A stretch of 62,371 nucleotides of DNA, filler included, from Globobulimina sp. (Eukaryota): NCBI GenBank assembly GCA_003354225.1. It is 33 parts of 33 records of this genome, joined end to end, with 100 filler letters (N's around TTAATTAATTAA, not from the genome) between each part and the next. Parts side by side here need not be neighbours in the genome. Positions count along the whole stretch, not along the records: positions 37,874 to 39,666 come from PIVH01011886.1; positions 39,767 to 41,559 come from PIVH01011887.1; positions 41,660 to 43,451 come from PIVH01011888.1; positions 43,552 to 45,343 come from PIVH01011889.1; positions 45,444 to 47,235 come from PIVH01011890.1; positions 47,336 to 49,127 come from PIVH01011891.1; positions 49,228 to 51,019 come from PIVH01011892.1; 26 more parts are not named here. The stretch is one strand, 5' to 3'. The notes under the pieces were generated by a model, which saw only the letters and a program-made list of their open reading frames with translations, was not told the DNA's origin and did not search any database. Both the position numbers and the translations under genes were made by a program. Below, one piece after another: positions 37,874 to 49,477 of this stretch (within the stretch, counting starts at the first letter, position 1; each line of letters begins with the position of its first letter).

Positions 37874-38930
37874 TTCTTGCTCTAAAATCAAATAATAACA
37901 TCCCAGCCAATAATTTATGGATCGACATATTCATTTTCATATTCATTCCATGTACTTTTATAGTTTGTAATATGAGATTATTTCCATTTACTTCGTTTTT
38001 TGAAGCACAAATTTCAAAGTAGTATTCTGCGTATTTTTCTTTGTTATTTGCTTTTGAACTATCCATCAATACACAATTAATAAAAAACCAAATATGATTC
38101 CTTCGAAGAATAATCCACGAAATTACCATCCCCAACGACCATAAATCACTGTATTCCGAATAAATCGAAAGTGTCTTTGAATCGAATTTAATTTCTGGCG
38201 CAGAATAATACGGTGAACCAAAATATTTGGGGTGATGCACATAGCCTTTTACGCCATTGATTTGTGCCAAAATCGATAAATCAAAATCTATCAATTTCCA
38301 GGCTTTGTCATCATTGTCAAATACGATGTTTTCAGGCTTAATGTCGTTGTGGATAACACCCACATTATGCATCGCTTGTAAATGCTTTAATAAATCAATG
38401 ATTATTTTTCTTATAAATTTCCAATTATCAGCTATCATATATCCCGCATTTAAATATTCTTCGAAAATGGCTGCATTTGAATTTTCGCCCTCGGTTTCAC
38501 CACATTTTGTATTACCAGTTTCGCCCTCGGTTTGTGTAATTTGTGTAATTTGATCAGTTTTGATCCAATATTTTTTGTCGCATAATGTATGATGATATTG
38601 TTTCATTAATATGATAATACCAGTAAAGGGATTGGATGATTTATCACAATTTCCATATATTTCATAATAATCGGACAATTTATTTTTACTAATTAAATAA
38701 TATGAGTTTATTATTACATTAAATTGCTTCATTGATTTATTAAAGTCCGTCATGTCAATGGCGAACACTTTTGCACATTTTGGTGGAGATAATGATGTTT
38801 GGTTGTTGTTATTTGATACACTCCACACTGTGGCTTGGCCACCAAATCCAATTTGATAATCTATGCTATATTGTTCATTGAATGTCGAGATTGATTTTAC
38901 ACCATATGGGTATAAATGAGTTGTGTTCAT
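37874..38930 (-). CDS. Ser/Thr protein kinase
   Basis: IGFGGQATV, CAK, HNDIKPEN, DFD, APE, DLWSLG. Confidence 0.9.
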
Positions 38931-39313
38931 TTGTCCGAATTCAATTATTTCAATAATATTTTATAGAATTGAATTTAATTAATTCTTGGATAATTTCGAG
39001 TCGATACGATACTCCCAGCGAGTTTAAAGAAAGAAGTAATGGTAAGTGGGAAATTAGAGTTTTTTCTGTAAAAAAACATTAATTAAAAATGTACAAGTGA
39101 GTCAGAAACAAATGTGGTGCAGTTATTTCATCGAATTGTTATTGTCATCACACTTTTAGAAACAGTACAATCTCCTTTATATAATTAGTCAAAATGTAAG
39201 TCCGACTCCATGCTCAATTATGTTGTGTTACTTTATCTGAAACATGTCGACTCCCCATCTGGCAGCACTTGTTAATGATGCAGATGCATATCAATCAAAA
39301 ATCGATTTGTGAA

Positions 39314-39666
39314 ATGTTAACACCTAAAAAAGTACCATTGCTCCAAAGACATGAAACTCATCAACTTGTGCGAAGACCATTCATTATGGGATCTTACCTC
39401 GATTTATCTCATATTGAGACACATGTAACATGTGTAATAACGTCAGTATTGACATTTCATAATGAAACAGCAAACATTTATACCCATTTGATCCCTGGAA
39501 CTCTCATTTTCATCTATATCCTCACACAATGGTATACTGTCCATGCACATACCTCTACACACACTGACACATTGACACACTTATAACTTATTAATAATGT
39601 GTGTAAAGGCATGAATATTGGAATCCTCTGTGTATTGAGTCACATAATCTATATGGATTATTTGTG
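39314..39666 (+). CDS. PAQR/HlyIII family receptor, 5' part
   Basis: PFIMGSY...SVLTFHNETANIYTH. Confidence 0.8.
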
Positions 39667-40173
39667 NNNNNNNNNNNNNNNNNNNNNNNNNNNNNNNNNN
39701 NNNNNNNNNNTTAATTAATTAANNNNNNNNNNNNNNNNNNNNNNNNNNNNNNNNNNNNNNNNNNNNAGTTAATAATTTATCATTATCTGACCATAAACCT
39801 ATTTATGGTTTATTCCAAATTAAAATTTCAAATGATTTTGTTGAGAATGATACATATTCATTGGAATTGACACGGTTTTTGGAGAAAGTTAATTTTCTGC
39901 AAAAAAATTATAGTCTTCATTTGATGCAAGGAATAAAAGATTTGCAATGTGCTCAAAATGATAACAAACAGCCCAGAAATAACATCATTGATAACATTGC
40001 TAAATCTCAATCAGAGTTGGTAGAAAATATGGAATCGCTTTTAAAATGTTTGAAAACAAATTATGGAGAAATGGACACTCAAAACTAAGGGAAATGGATG
40101 CGAATATTTTTGTGATGTGAATATTTGAATGTAAATGTTTAATTAAATCAGACTATCAGATGTTATATGTAAT

Positions 40174-40875
40174 CTATTCATAAATATAAATATAACCACA
40201 ATTGTATGGAAATGCTCGGATTCGTTTTGGTTTACACCTTTTATTCAATGAGTCAAATTCGTACCAAATGTTTTTGACATTAATATAACACCAAGCATGC
40301 TCAAAATTAAATGCTATTAATTTAGTGACGTTTCTTTCTTTAATGATATGCAATAATTTTGCAATGGATCCATCGTCTTTGTCAAATGCAATATAATTAC
40401 TTTCAATATTAAATTGTTCCAAAATATAAGAAAATATGTTATCTGTCATTGTTTTACCAATAATAAAATACTTTTTTGATATTCCAATATCAAACCCATT
40501 TTTTCTATCAAATTGGTCGCAATATTTGTTATATTGTTTTGCTGATAAACAATTTTGAGCTTTCCATTTTCGTTTTAAGTTCTTTTGTTTGTTATGCTTT
40601 GATTTGTGTTCGTCGTTTTGCTCTTTATCACTGGATTTGAATTGCCTTTCTGTCAAAACAGTTGATATGATTGTAACCAATGCATGTTTTTTGCATAAAT
40701 TACCATTTTGATTCTCTCTATAAACTGAGTTTACATCCAATAACAGCACAGTTGTTTGACTTGTTTGTATTTCAGGAACCACAATTCTTTGTCGTTTGTT
40801 TTTGTTTGACTTTTTATTACGTTTTTTACGGTGTGATTTAGAATAATTTTTGGGTTGTGAAAAAAACACAGCCAT
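40174..40875 (-). CDS. Josephin-like deubiquitinase
   Basis: YRENQNGNLCKKHAL (catalytic Cys) and EHAW...WYEFDSL (His, Asp). Confidence 0.7.
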   Translation of the reverse strand: MAVFFSQPKNYSKSHRKKRNKKSNKNKRQRIVVPEIQTSQTTVLLLDVNSVYRENQNGNLCKKHALVTIISTVLTERQFKSSDKEQNDEHKSKHNKQKNLKRKWKAQNCLSAKQYNKYCDQFDRKNGFDIGISKKYFIIGKTMTDNIFSYILEQFNIESNYIAFDKDDGSIAKLLHIIKERNVTKLIAFNFEHAWCYINVKNIWYEFDSLNKRCKPKRIRAFPYNCGYIYIYE

Positions 40876-40941
40876 GGTATTTAAATTAACAAAAATGCAA
40901 GAAAAGGCTGAGGTTACCACCCTAAAAAAACATTTATAATC

Positions 40942-41559
40942 ATGGAAACAAACAGTCTGCCTCAAATAAATGACGATTTCACGAGTTGTCCAAATTGTGG
41001 TCGTCAATATCCCAAAAACACCTCAGCAACCCGTCAACAATACTTTTGTTCCTCGTGTGGTGAAGACCTTCAACAGGAAGAAATCATGCCATTATTACCA
41101 CCCACTGATGTAAAAACAGATAAAAAGGCAAAATATATTGGTCTCACTATCACCACCTTATTATTGATAACCACATTATTTATCCTATATTTCACCGTTA
41201 TAAATCCATTCTCACACGATTCTAACCATAAGCCCTTTAATTACAACACAACTGCACCTACTATGTCCCCTACAATATACACCTTATCGCCTACATTATA
41301 TCCCACGCAATCCCCAACCACTACAAACCCGACGCAATCCCCAACACTTCCTCCCACCGCAAATCCCACGCAACAGACATTATCCCCCACAACACCGCCC
41401 ACAACTGATCCCACTGTGGACCCTACATTCAATCCATCCATATCTCCGACATTTGATCCAACAAAAACGCCAACGACATCACCAACATTTGACCCTTCAA
41501 ATGAACCAACAGCAGATCCGACTATAGATCCAAGCACATCGCCAACCATTGATCCTACA
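40942..41559 (+). CDS. Zn-ribbon + TM + PTxxPT repeat protein, 5' part
   Basis: CPNCG...CSSCG, hydrophobic segment, PTFDPT repeats. Confidence 0.75.
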
Positions 41560-41699
41560 NNNNNNNNNNNNNNNNNNNNNNNNNNNNNNNNNNNNNNNNN
41601 NNNTTAATTAATTAANNNNNNNNNNNNNNNNNNNNNNNNNNNNNNNNNNNNNNNNNNNNAGAAAATAGTTTCTCAGCTACATTCCATTTTGACACAGAA

Positions 41700-42220
41700 A
41701 TTAACCAAGGAGGAAAAAAATTTTAAGTTTAAATTATGTGGCAAAATATTTTAATAGATTGATAAAATCTGCCGAATTGCCCAAGGAGAAATCTAAGACG
41801 AAATTTTGTGGCAGAGCAGAAATTTTTAAGAAAAGTAAACTTTATTAAAGTAACGTATGTAAACATCGTTATTATTGCAGTGTACTGTGTTTGTGTAAAC
41901 ACTTAAATTATTTTGTGCACTGTGATTGTGTAAACATTGTAATTACTACTGTGAACTGTGTAAAATTGGCCAAGGAGAAAAAATATAATTAAGAATAAAA
42001 TCCAAGACGATACTTAGTGGCAGAAAAAATAAGAAAATTGGCAAAAAATAGGCCAAAAGAGAAAAATTAAAAACGAAACATAATTCAGTGCCAAAATAAA
42101 ATTGGTCGAAAATCGGTCAAGGAGAAATATAAAGATAAAAAATCTTTATTAGATAAACAATTTATTGCCAGATAAAATTGGTGAAACTGCACAAGGAGAA
42201 ATATAAGATGATATGTAATC
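41700..42220 (+). repeat. Degenerate satellite-like repeats
   Basis: CAAGGAGAAA-like core near 41706, 41781, 41969, 42117 and 42191; ACTGTG..TGTGTAAA three times at about 41885-41964. Confidence 0.6.
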
Positions 42221-43016
42221 GAAAATGAAATTTGCGAAAAGTTCAAATTGATCGATAAAATTGGCGGAAAATTAGCCACAAAAAAGTAAGCGAAATTCGA
42301 TGACATAATAATTGTATTGATTTGATAAAATCGACCAAAAATAGACTTCGGCAACAAAGAGTTTTCTATTGCCTTATAAATGGGACGAAAAGATTACTGA
42401 AGAAAACATAGACAGAAATATACACTGTTACTGCCCTAAAAAAGACGGTTAATCCTTTGTTGAAGTATCGAAAATACGCGAAAAGTGGACTTTTAAATCG
42501 TAAAAGTAAACTGTTTATCTCCTACTGTTAGTAATGGTGTGCCTTGAAAAATAGGAATTCTTGTAAGCCATTATATGGCAGAAAGACAGCATAAAGTACC
42601 TACGTTTTTGAAAGGTTTGTTTGACCTGCTTTTGGAGTTTTTATAATAACTCCAGTTAGAAGAAATAATTCAACTGAGACAAATGTTATTGGTCTAGTTA
42701 GTATTTGTATTTGGCGCCTTGGCGCGAAGCCGATCCTCTGTTATTTTTCTACCCGAAAACAATCTGAGCACCACCTGTGCAAACAAAAGACAGAGAGGAA
42801 GGAACAGACTGTGGGTCTTCCACTCCCTCCCTTGCCATTTGAGCCTATTCTCTCAGAGAAATAGGTTGCTTTCAGGAGCTCATTGACTCCCTCTAACATA
42901 CAGCCTAAAAGAGGCAAAGCAAGGAACAGTAAAAATATTTGTTTTTTACTGTAATACAGCTTCAAATTGCTTATAAAGCTAAGTGTGAATTTTTAAAAAT
43001 TTGCACTTGATATGAA

Positions 43017-43149
43017 AGTAACTGCAACGGTCCTTTAAGGTCGGGCGTTACTACAGCTAAATCCAGTAATTGCAACGGTCCTTTAAGGTCGGGCATTACT
43101 ACAGCCATAATACAGTAATTGCAACGGTCCTTTAAGGTCGGGCATTACT
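43017..43149 (+). repeat. Three tandem 36-nt hairpin repeats (48/49-nt period)
   Basis: AGTAAYTGCAACGGTCCTTTAAGGTCGGGCRTTACT at 43017, 43065 and 43114. Confidence 0.95.
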
Positions 43150-43186
43150 ATACAGTGTGGTTATAACCGTTATCACTAGCTGATCT

Positions 43187-43336
43187 CTGAGAGCTGCTGA
43201 ATACGGCGATAGCCTCAGTAGAAATATTATAAAAGAGTCATAATAATGAACTCTAAGAAGCTGTTTACTGAGAGCTGCTGAACATTGCTATAGCCTCAGC
43301 AAAAATGATACAAACGAGTCACAATTAAAGAACTCG
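43187..43336 (+). repeat. Two tandem 81-nt double-hairpin repeats
   Basis: CTGAGAGCTGCTGAA-n8-TAGCCTCAG...GAGTCA...GAACTC at 43187 and 43268. Confidence 0.85.
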
Positions 43337-43551
43337 TATGTGTTTGAAAAGTTGGGTAGTTAGCCCCAGGGGAATTTTTGTTAATCCATTTGGGATAAAG
43401 CAGAGAGGAATGACCATAAAATGAAAGTTTTAAAATTTAAGGGAGTCAGAANNNNNNNNNNNNNNNNNNNNNNNNNNNNNNNNNNNNNNNNNNNNTTAAT
43501 TAATTAANNNNNNNNNNNNNNNNNNNNNNNNNNNNNNNNNNNNNNNNNNNN

Positions 43552-43790
43552 AAATTAACAGATTTTATATTTGTAATATTAATGTTAAAACGATTAGTAT
43601 CGAGTAAATGCGAATGGCTGATATTTATATGAGTCGTTAATTGAGAATTTGTATAAAATATTTGGCGACAATATCGGCATTCTAATGCGGGTTTATTTGG
43701 ATGACTTTTGCTGAGCATTTGTTGGCTTTGTTGTTGGGAGGAATGATTGTAAAGAGCTGCGTATTCGGAGACAGCAATGTCAGCTGCCAT
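43552..43790 (-). CDS. C2H2 zinc-finger protein, 5' part
   Basis: CRYCRQIFYTNSQLTTHINISH. Confidence 0.75.
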
Positions 43791-44019
43791 TTAGCAAAGG
43801 AGATCGAGAGAAAAACGTAGCTAAACAAATATGCACATCTGACATCGTAAAAATAAATAATGAACGGGAACTCTCACAGAATACGAGTTGCAAACTAGAA
43901 ACAAGAAAATGACCAAGATATTACATCAGATATAGTTCTAATATAAGCATCTCAAAAATTAATATTTGTCAAAGTCACTCATTCATCGAAGTCAAAAACG
44001 TTACGTATTAATTATAAAG

Positions 44020-45209
44020 TCAGTGTCCAAAAAATGGATTGCTAACAGCCTGTGCGTCCATTGCTTTTTGTAACTGTTGGATGGATATTGGCGTAGATAC
44101 TGGCGCTGATTTGGGGTCTTTTAATTTCATTGGCGTCCTCCGAATGTTGTGTGCGTAATTAAAGCCACTGTCTGTCAAATTGTTAGACACTGTTTTCAAT
44201 GAACTCAATTTTGGAGGCGGAGGCGTTTCGTGATACTCATGTATGACAATACCAACTATAGTCTCTGACGCTGCTTCTTCATTTTCAATGCATTTTATTG
44301 CACAAACTCTAAACGGGAAACATAAATAATAATAACTTGTTTCCCCAACAGCCAACACCTGATTTTATTATATATTCATTGTAATTTAGTATTAGAAAGA
44401 AACAAAAAACATACACAAAATAAGCAAATGCTGTTAATCATGGCATCAATGGGTATAATAAATGTGACATTGGACCAAAAGAGCACAGCCAAAGTGAATA
44501 AGAATAGGGTTGAGATCATAGCAATGGATGCGACCGTGCCATATCTGATGGATTTTAATACCAACTCAGTGTCATCCGTTCCTCTTCGAAGAACTGCAAA
44601 TCTTTTCAATATGATATATAATGTAATCGAAGAAACAATAAAATCCTCAAAACCGATGGACACTGCACACAGTTTGACAGCTATGATGCGCTGTGCCTCC
44701 TCGCTGAATAAGGTGCAAATTGTGTGATTATTACTGCTCCAAATCCCTATTAAAATATGCGGCGTCACCTGATATATCCAGAGAGCAATCGATACAAAAA
44801 AATTTACTGAAACAATGCAAATAAATATTAGAAATACTTTAAATTTCATTTGAAATCCGGTGTTATAAAAAGTTAAATAGATTCTACCGATTAATAAGCA
44901 GTGGAGAATATATTTGGCGACAAAATAAAAGACAAAATTTGTGGTGTAAATAAATTGACAAATGCTGATTGATAAATGAATGAAGAGATCTGTTCGAAAT
45001 ACCAACCAAAATAAACAAGCAACTCCATTGAATAAAAAAACCAATACACAGCCAAATATAAATATTTTCCCTTCTTTTTTCAATATCGAAGAAGATGATA
45101 TTTGAGGAATTGTTTTGAATATAAGCAATAAGTGGATTATAACACCGATACCACCAAATGTGAGCATTGCAACTATCCATAATAACTCAACTTGAGGTTC
45201 GAGTGTCAT
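44020..45209 (-). CDS. Divergent 7TM/GPCR-like protein, complete, intron 44414-44359
   Basis: Seven hydrophobic segments, LIGRIYLTF, IDAMINSICLFC spliced to VLAVGETSYYYLC. Confidence 0.75.
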
Positions 45210-45443
45210 TGTTTTTAATCTGCAAAGTTTTTATTAAAGCTTAGCTCATATTGGGCCATTAATGGCAGCTCCGCTCAGAAAAACAGATTTACTTAAATTA
45301 TCAGAGAAAGAATTGATCAGAAAATATAAGGTTAAACCGAAATNNNNNNNNNNNNNNNNNNNNNNNNNNNNNNNNNNNNNNNNNNNNTTAATTAATTAAN
45401 NNNNNNNNNNNNNNNNNNNNNNNNNNNNNNNNNNNNNNNNNNN

Positions 45444-46380
45444 TATTTGCATCGTCCAATGCATTTTTCACCTCTTCCTCAGTGCGTCCATCCTGTTTAT
45501 CGTCGTCATTGTGCTCATGATCAGACACAAAGGGTTGATGCGCAGAGCACTGCCGCACACTCACCAACTTCCCATAGATCGTATTGACGGCCTCTTCGTC
45601 CATTTGAGGGAATGCGTCCGTTATATCCTCCCGATCCTGCAACGAATTGATATCCAGTCCACAGATCTCATTCTCTGCAATAACCGGCACGATTTTATGC
45701 TCGTTTTCTGGACTTAAATTGATGCAAATCATCCATTCAATTAATTCCTCGCAACTCCATTCATCGATAGCTTTATATCGCCAGTCTTCTGTTTTCAGTC
45801 TAATTCGTAAATTATAATTTTTCGTTTCTATAAATTGATCAAATTTGGACGCGCTCCATTTGATGTTATCCCATCCCACCAATACGCCGTTTGCTTGTAC
45901 TTTTTTGATCGACGAAGCGTAGTATTTCTTATTTATTTCATCCATGCAATATATGTTTGAACCTATTTCAAATAACGGGTTATGTGGTGGTTCGTCATCA
46001 TTATCAGTCATGTCTGCCATAGGCATTTGTGTGTTTTCTTCACTTTCCTTTAAATCATCATCATTTGCATGTGGTTCATGGACAGGATCGGTTTCGCTGT
46101 CTTGCAATTGGTCGTCGTATGGCGATTGCAGGCGATGTCGAAATGGTAATAATGCGACATATATTTGATTTGCTGTTTTTCTGTTAATTTCAGGAAATGA
46201 GTCTTGGACATCGGATGAGGACTGCAATGAATTGAGATCTTGACCGGTTATTTCTTGTTCTGCAATTGCACGATTTACTTTTTTTCTGTACCTCGAAGAT
46301 AGATTTAATGCAAACATCCATTCTTGTAACTCATCGCATGTCCAGTCGTCAATAGGTTTACGTTGCCATGAAAACGTCAT
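45444..46380 (-). CDS. SAM - Tudor-knot/chromo-barrel - SAM protein, 5' part
   Basis: Duplicated IDxWxCxELxEWM...EIxGxDxNSLQ flanking FEIGSNIYCMD...GWDN.KW...FDQFI. Confidence 0.8.
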
Positions 46381-47335
46381 AGTGAGGTTGAGATGTTTTT
46401 TTGCTTCAAAACACGGTCAGAAATTATTGTATGTAAAATGTATTCCGGCAGACAAAATCCAGTATATTTCTTTCAGGACGTCGGATTTGAGGTGAAAATA
46501 TTGATCAAACCTATAAACATATAAACCTCTGCGGTTCTTTCATTATTAAACAAATTATATATATATAAATTTTGCCGTGTTAATAAATGGATCATAACAA
46601 CACATTATGATTTGCAGTGATTTCCTGTGGTATTATATCTCCACAATAGCTAGTCGACTTTGAGCAATACTAATATTACACGTGCTAATATTATATGTTA
46701 AAACATCATGAATAGATATGAATTAACATTAAATAAGTGCAATTATCCCGTGAATGCAATTTTGTTTATAAATTTATAGTTTAAATAGATGAATGAATAC
46801 AGGCATTTAGAACAAGAAGGATAGCTTGATAAAGTTAGCTATTTGTAAGGTATTTGTGATTGTTTGATGTTGAGACATAATTTGTTGAGCATTGATTACT
46901 GGCAAAACGTATTCATTCGTCCATATCACATATGGGGACTCTATGGAAAGACATAGTGACTTTAGGGAAAGACCTAGCAACATTTCAACCAATGGTTTGT
47001 TCAACACGTCCATTAAGACACTCTTCATTGCTATAAACAATTGTAATGCCTTATATGCACTTTCTTATTCGCTTCCTTCTTTTTTTTTTGTAATTTACAT
47101 ATGCTCTGCTTGAATTTTGCGAGAATGTACTTGCATGACGTAAATGCATGACTACTAATAAAATACAGATTAGGTCACTCACTCCACTAAGACAATAGCT
47201 CAGTACATGTCACGGATCAACTTTCAACTCTGATCNNNNNNNNNNNNNNNNNNNNNNNNNNNNNNNNNNNNNNNNNNNNTTAATTAATTAANNNNNNNNN
47301 NNNNNNNNNNNNNNNNNNNNNNNNNNNNNNNNNNN

Positions 47336-49127
47336 AAAGAACTTAAAACAAAACCACCTATTCTTTGACTGCTAGGGTTTCTTAAAAAAATAGTCAGAAG
47401 ATACAATGCACATCGATGTGGGTTAAAATCCTGCCTGAACCATCAATCTGTCTTTTTTTTTTTACATAGCCATGATAATATATATATATCGATAGAGATT
47501 TGGGTCACCACATTTGTTCTAATAAATGCATACGATGCGCATGCAAGACAAGTGGATGATAAATATATTATTACCAATAAATAAATTACCATGCAAGACA
47601 AGGGAATCGAAAAATGCCTACGACAGCACCTGATACACGAAGTTTAGATCATATATTTCAGTAAAGAGTTTTTTTCATTCCATGCCCATGGAACAACTCC
47701 TAACCAAAATAACGTATGTGTACGTATAAAATGCACTAATATCGACTTTATAAACGCCTCTGGTCAATACGTCAGAAACAAAGAGAAACAGCTTCTATTA
47801 AAAATATGTAACAACATACTGGATCATCCAAAAGATGGTAGATATAGGGATTTGAATCATAACATAATTTCAATCTGTGCTTTTGATTTATTGATTTGTG
47901 CTGGATTTAAATTGCATGCATCTGACAACGGTAACAGATTGATATTGGATGAGGGCGAAATTGCCAGATTAAAGAAATTATATTTGTTATTGATATTGCC
48001 GAAAATTATAGAATTAATGAGATTGGATGTTCCTGTGAATGAAGCAGAGTTAGCAGTGTGTTTGAGCTGTGGTTCAAAGCAGGTTTGTAATGTTATTTTA
48101 TTATGTTATGTTATGTTATGTTATGTTGTGTATACTGTATAATATTAATTACCACAGCAAATATATGACATGGATATGGAGGAAGCCGTGCAATGCCTCA
48201 TATACAATGGTTTCGATATAAATGATTCAATGGACGCTATCGTTGAAGCAAAGTATAATATAAAACAAGCGCTAGAGATTTTAATTCATGTTATGTAGAT
48301 AATAGATATACTGTCATTTATTCACAAATTATATTAATAAATACAGAGCAAAACAGCCATCAATAAGCAAGACATGAAAGACTCAGCAAACTCAACAGAA
48401 ACAAAATGTGCAACACTGATTTCTATGGGATTTGAAAAAGATGCATCATTGACAGCGCTTAAAATGGCAGATTTAAATATAAATGTTGCAATTCAATATT
48501 TGCTCTCTCCAGTTTAGTTTTGTGCTGTTTTTAAATGAGTACTTTATTATTTTATTATTTTTGACAGGGAACATGTTCTGTGGCACTCAAACATTGTAAA
48601 CACTTATTATTTTTAGCACAGATATTGGCAAAATATAATTCAAATTCAATGCAATATGATGCAAGTTTGGATTTTACATCGATAGTAAACAGTTTCCATC
48701 ATTTATTACTGGAACATGACTCAGACGAAGAGTTTGAAGAAATTTGTATTATTTTGGGTAAGTGTGATATTTTAAAATGCGAGAAAATGAGAAGGAATCA
48801 CCGAGACAAAAGAGAAGAGAGAAAAGCACCGGGAGCATTTGTTGATATTTTGGATAAAATACATTGTCATTTCCATTCCTATGATGTTGGATATCGATTA
48901 ACTAAAACTGAAACAACACAAATTGAGACATTTGCGCTCGATTCAAAGTCTGAAGATGTGTTCAATCCAATATCAGCCAACAAACAATTACTTGCAATCA
49001 GAAACATTAAAGAACTTAAAACAAAACCACCTATTCTTTGACTGCTAGGGTTTCTTAAAAAAATAGTCAGAAGATACAATGCACATCGATGTGGGTTAAA
49101 ATCCTGCCTGAACCATCAATCTGTCTT
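47336..49127. repeat. Contig with an exact 119-nt terminal direct repeat (circular or tandem 1673-bp unit)
   Basis: 47336-47454 is identical to 49009-49127. Confidence 0.95.
47682..49041 (+). CDS. PUB-UBA-UBA domain protein, five exons, about 369 aa
   Basis: Introns 47714-47775, 48083-48157, 48290-48346 and 48512-48567 all keep the frame; KICNNILDHPKDGRYRDLN, LIYNGF, LISMGFEK..SLTAL. Confidence 0.75.
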
Positions 49128-49477
49128 NNNNNNNNNNNNNNNNNNNNNNNNNNNNNNNNNNNNNNNNNNNNTTAATTAATTAANNNNNNNNNNNNNNNNN
49201 NNNNNNNNNNNNNNNNNNNNNNNNNNNGATGTCCAATTGCGTTAATAATGCATTTAAATGATAATCCATCAACAACGATTATCCAAATTGTATACAAATT
49301 AAGCCAATATCGATTATTACAAATCCAATTAATATCACTCATAAATCATAATAAAACAATAACATTGATAATGACGACAGAGAGCGACGATAATTCAAAT
49401 ATGTACATATTGCCTATTATATACAATAACTGATATTGAATCATACAAAAACACATTAAAATCATCTGAATATTGCC

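Noticed and set aside
42653-42700. Helitron 3' end (hairpin then CTAG-T)
   Set aside because: Hairpin is weak and AT-rich; no 5' TC end or Rep-Helicase visible
43018-43041. Similarity to 23S rRNA GTAACTATAACGGTCCTAAGGT (I-CeuI site region)
   Set aside because: Only a short gapped match, weaker in copies 2-3, no flanking rRNA sequence, and a different fold
43017-43149. CRISPR array
   Set aside because: Repeat length fits, but spacers are only 12-13 nt and resemble each other; no cas gene
47187-47235. tRNA-like TAGCTCAG box (also near 16941 and 45241)
   Set aside because: No T-loop GTTCRA or cloverleaf
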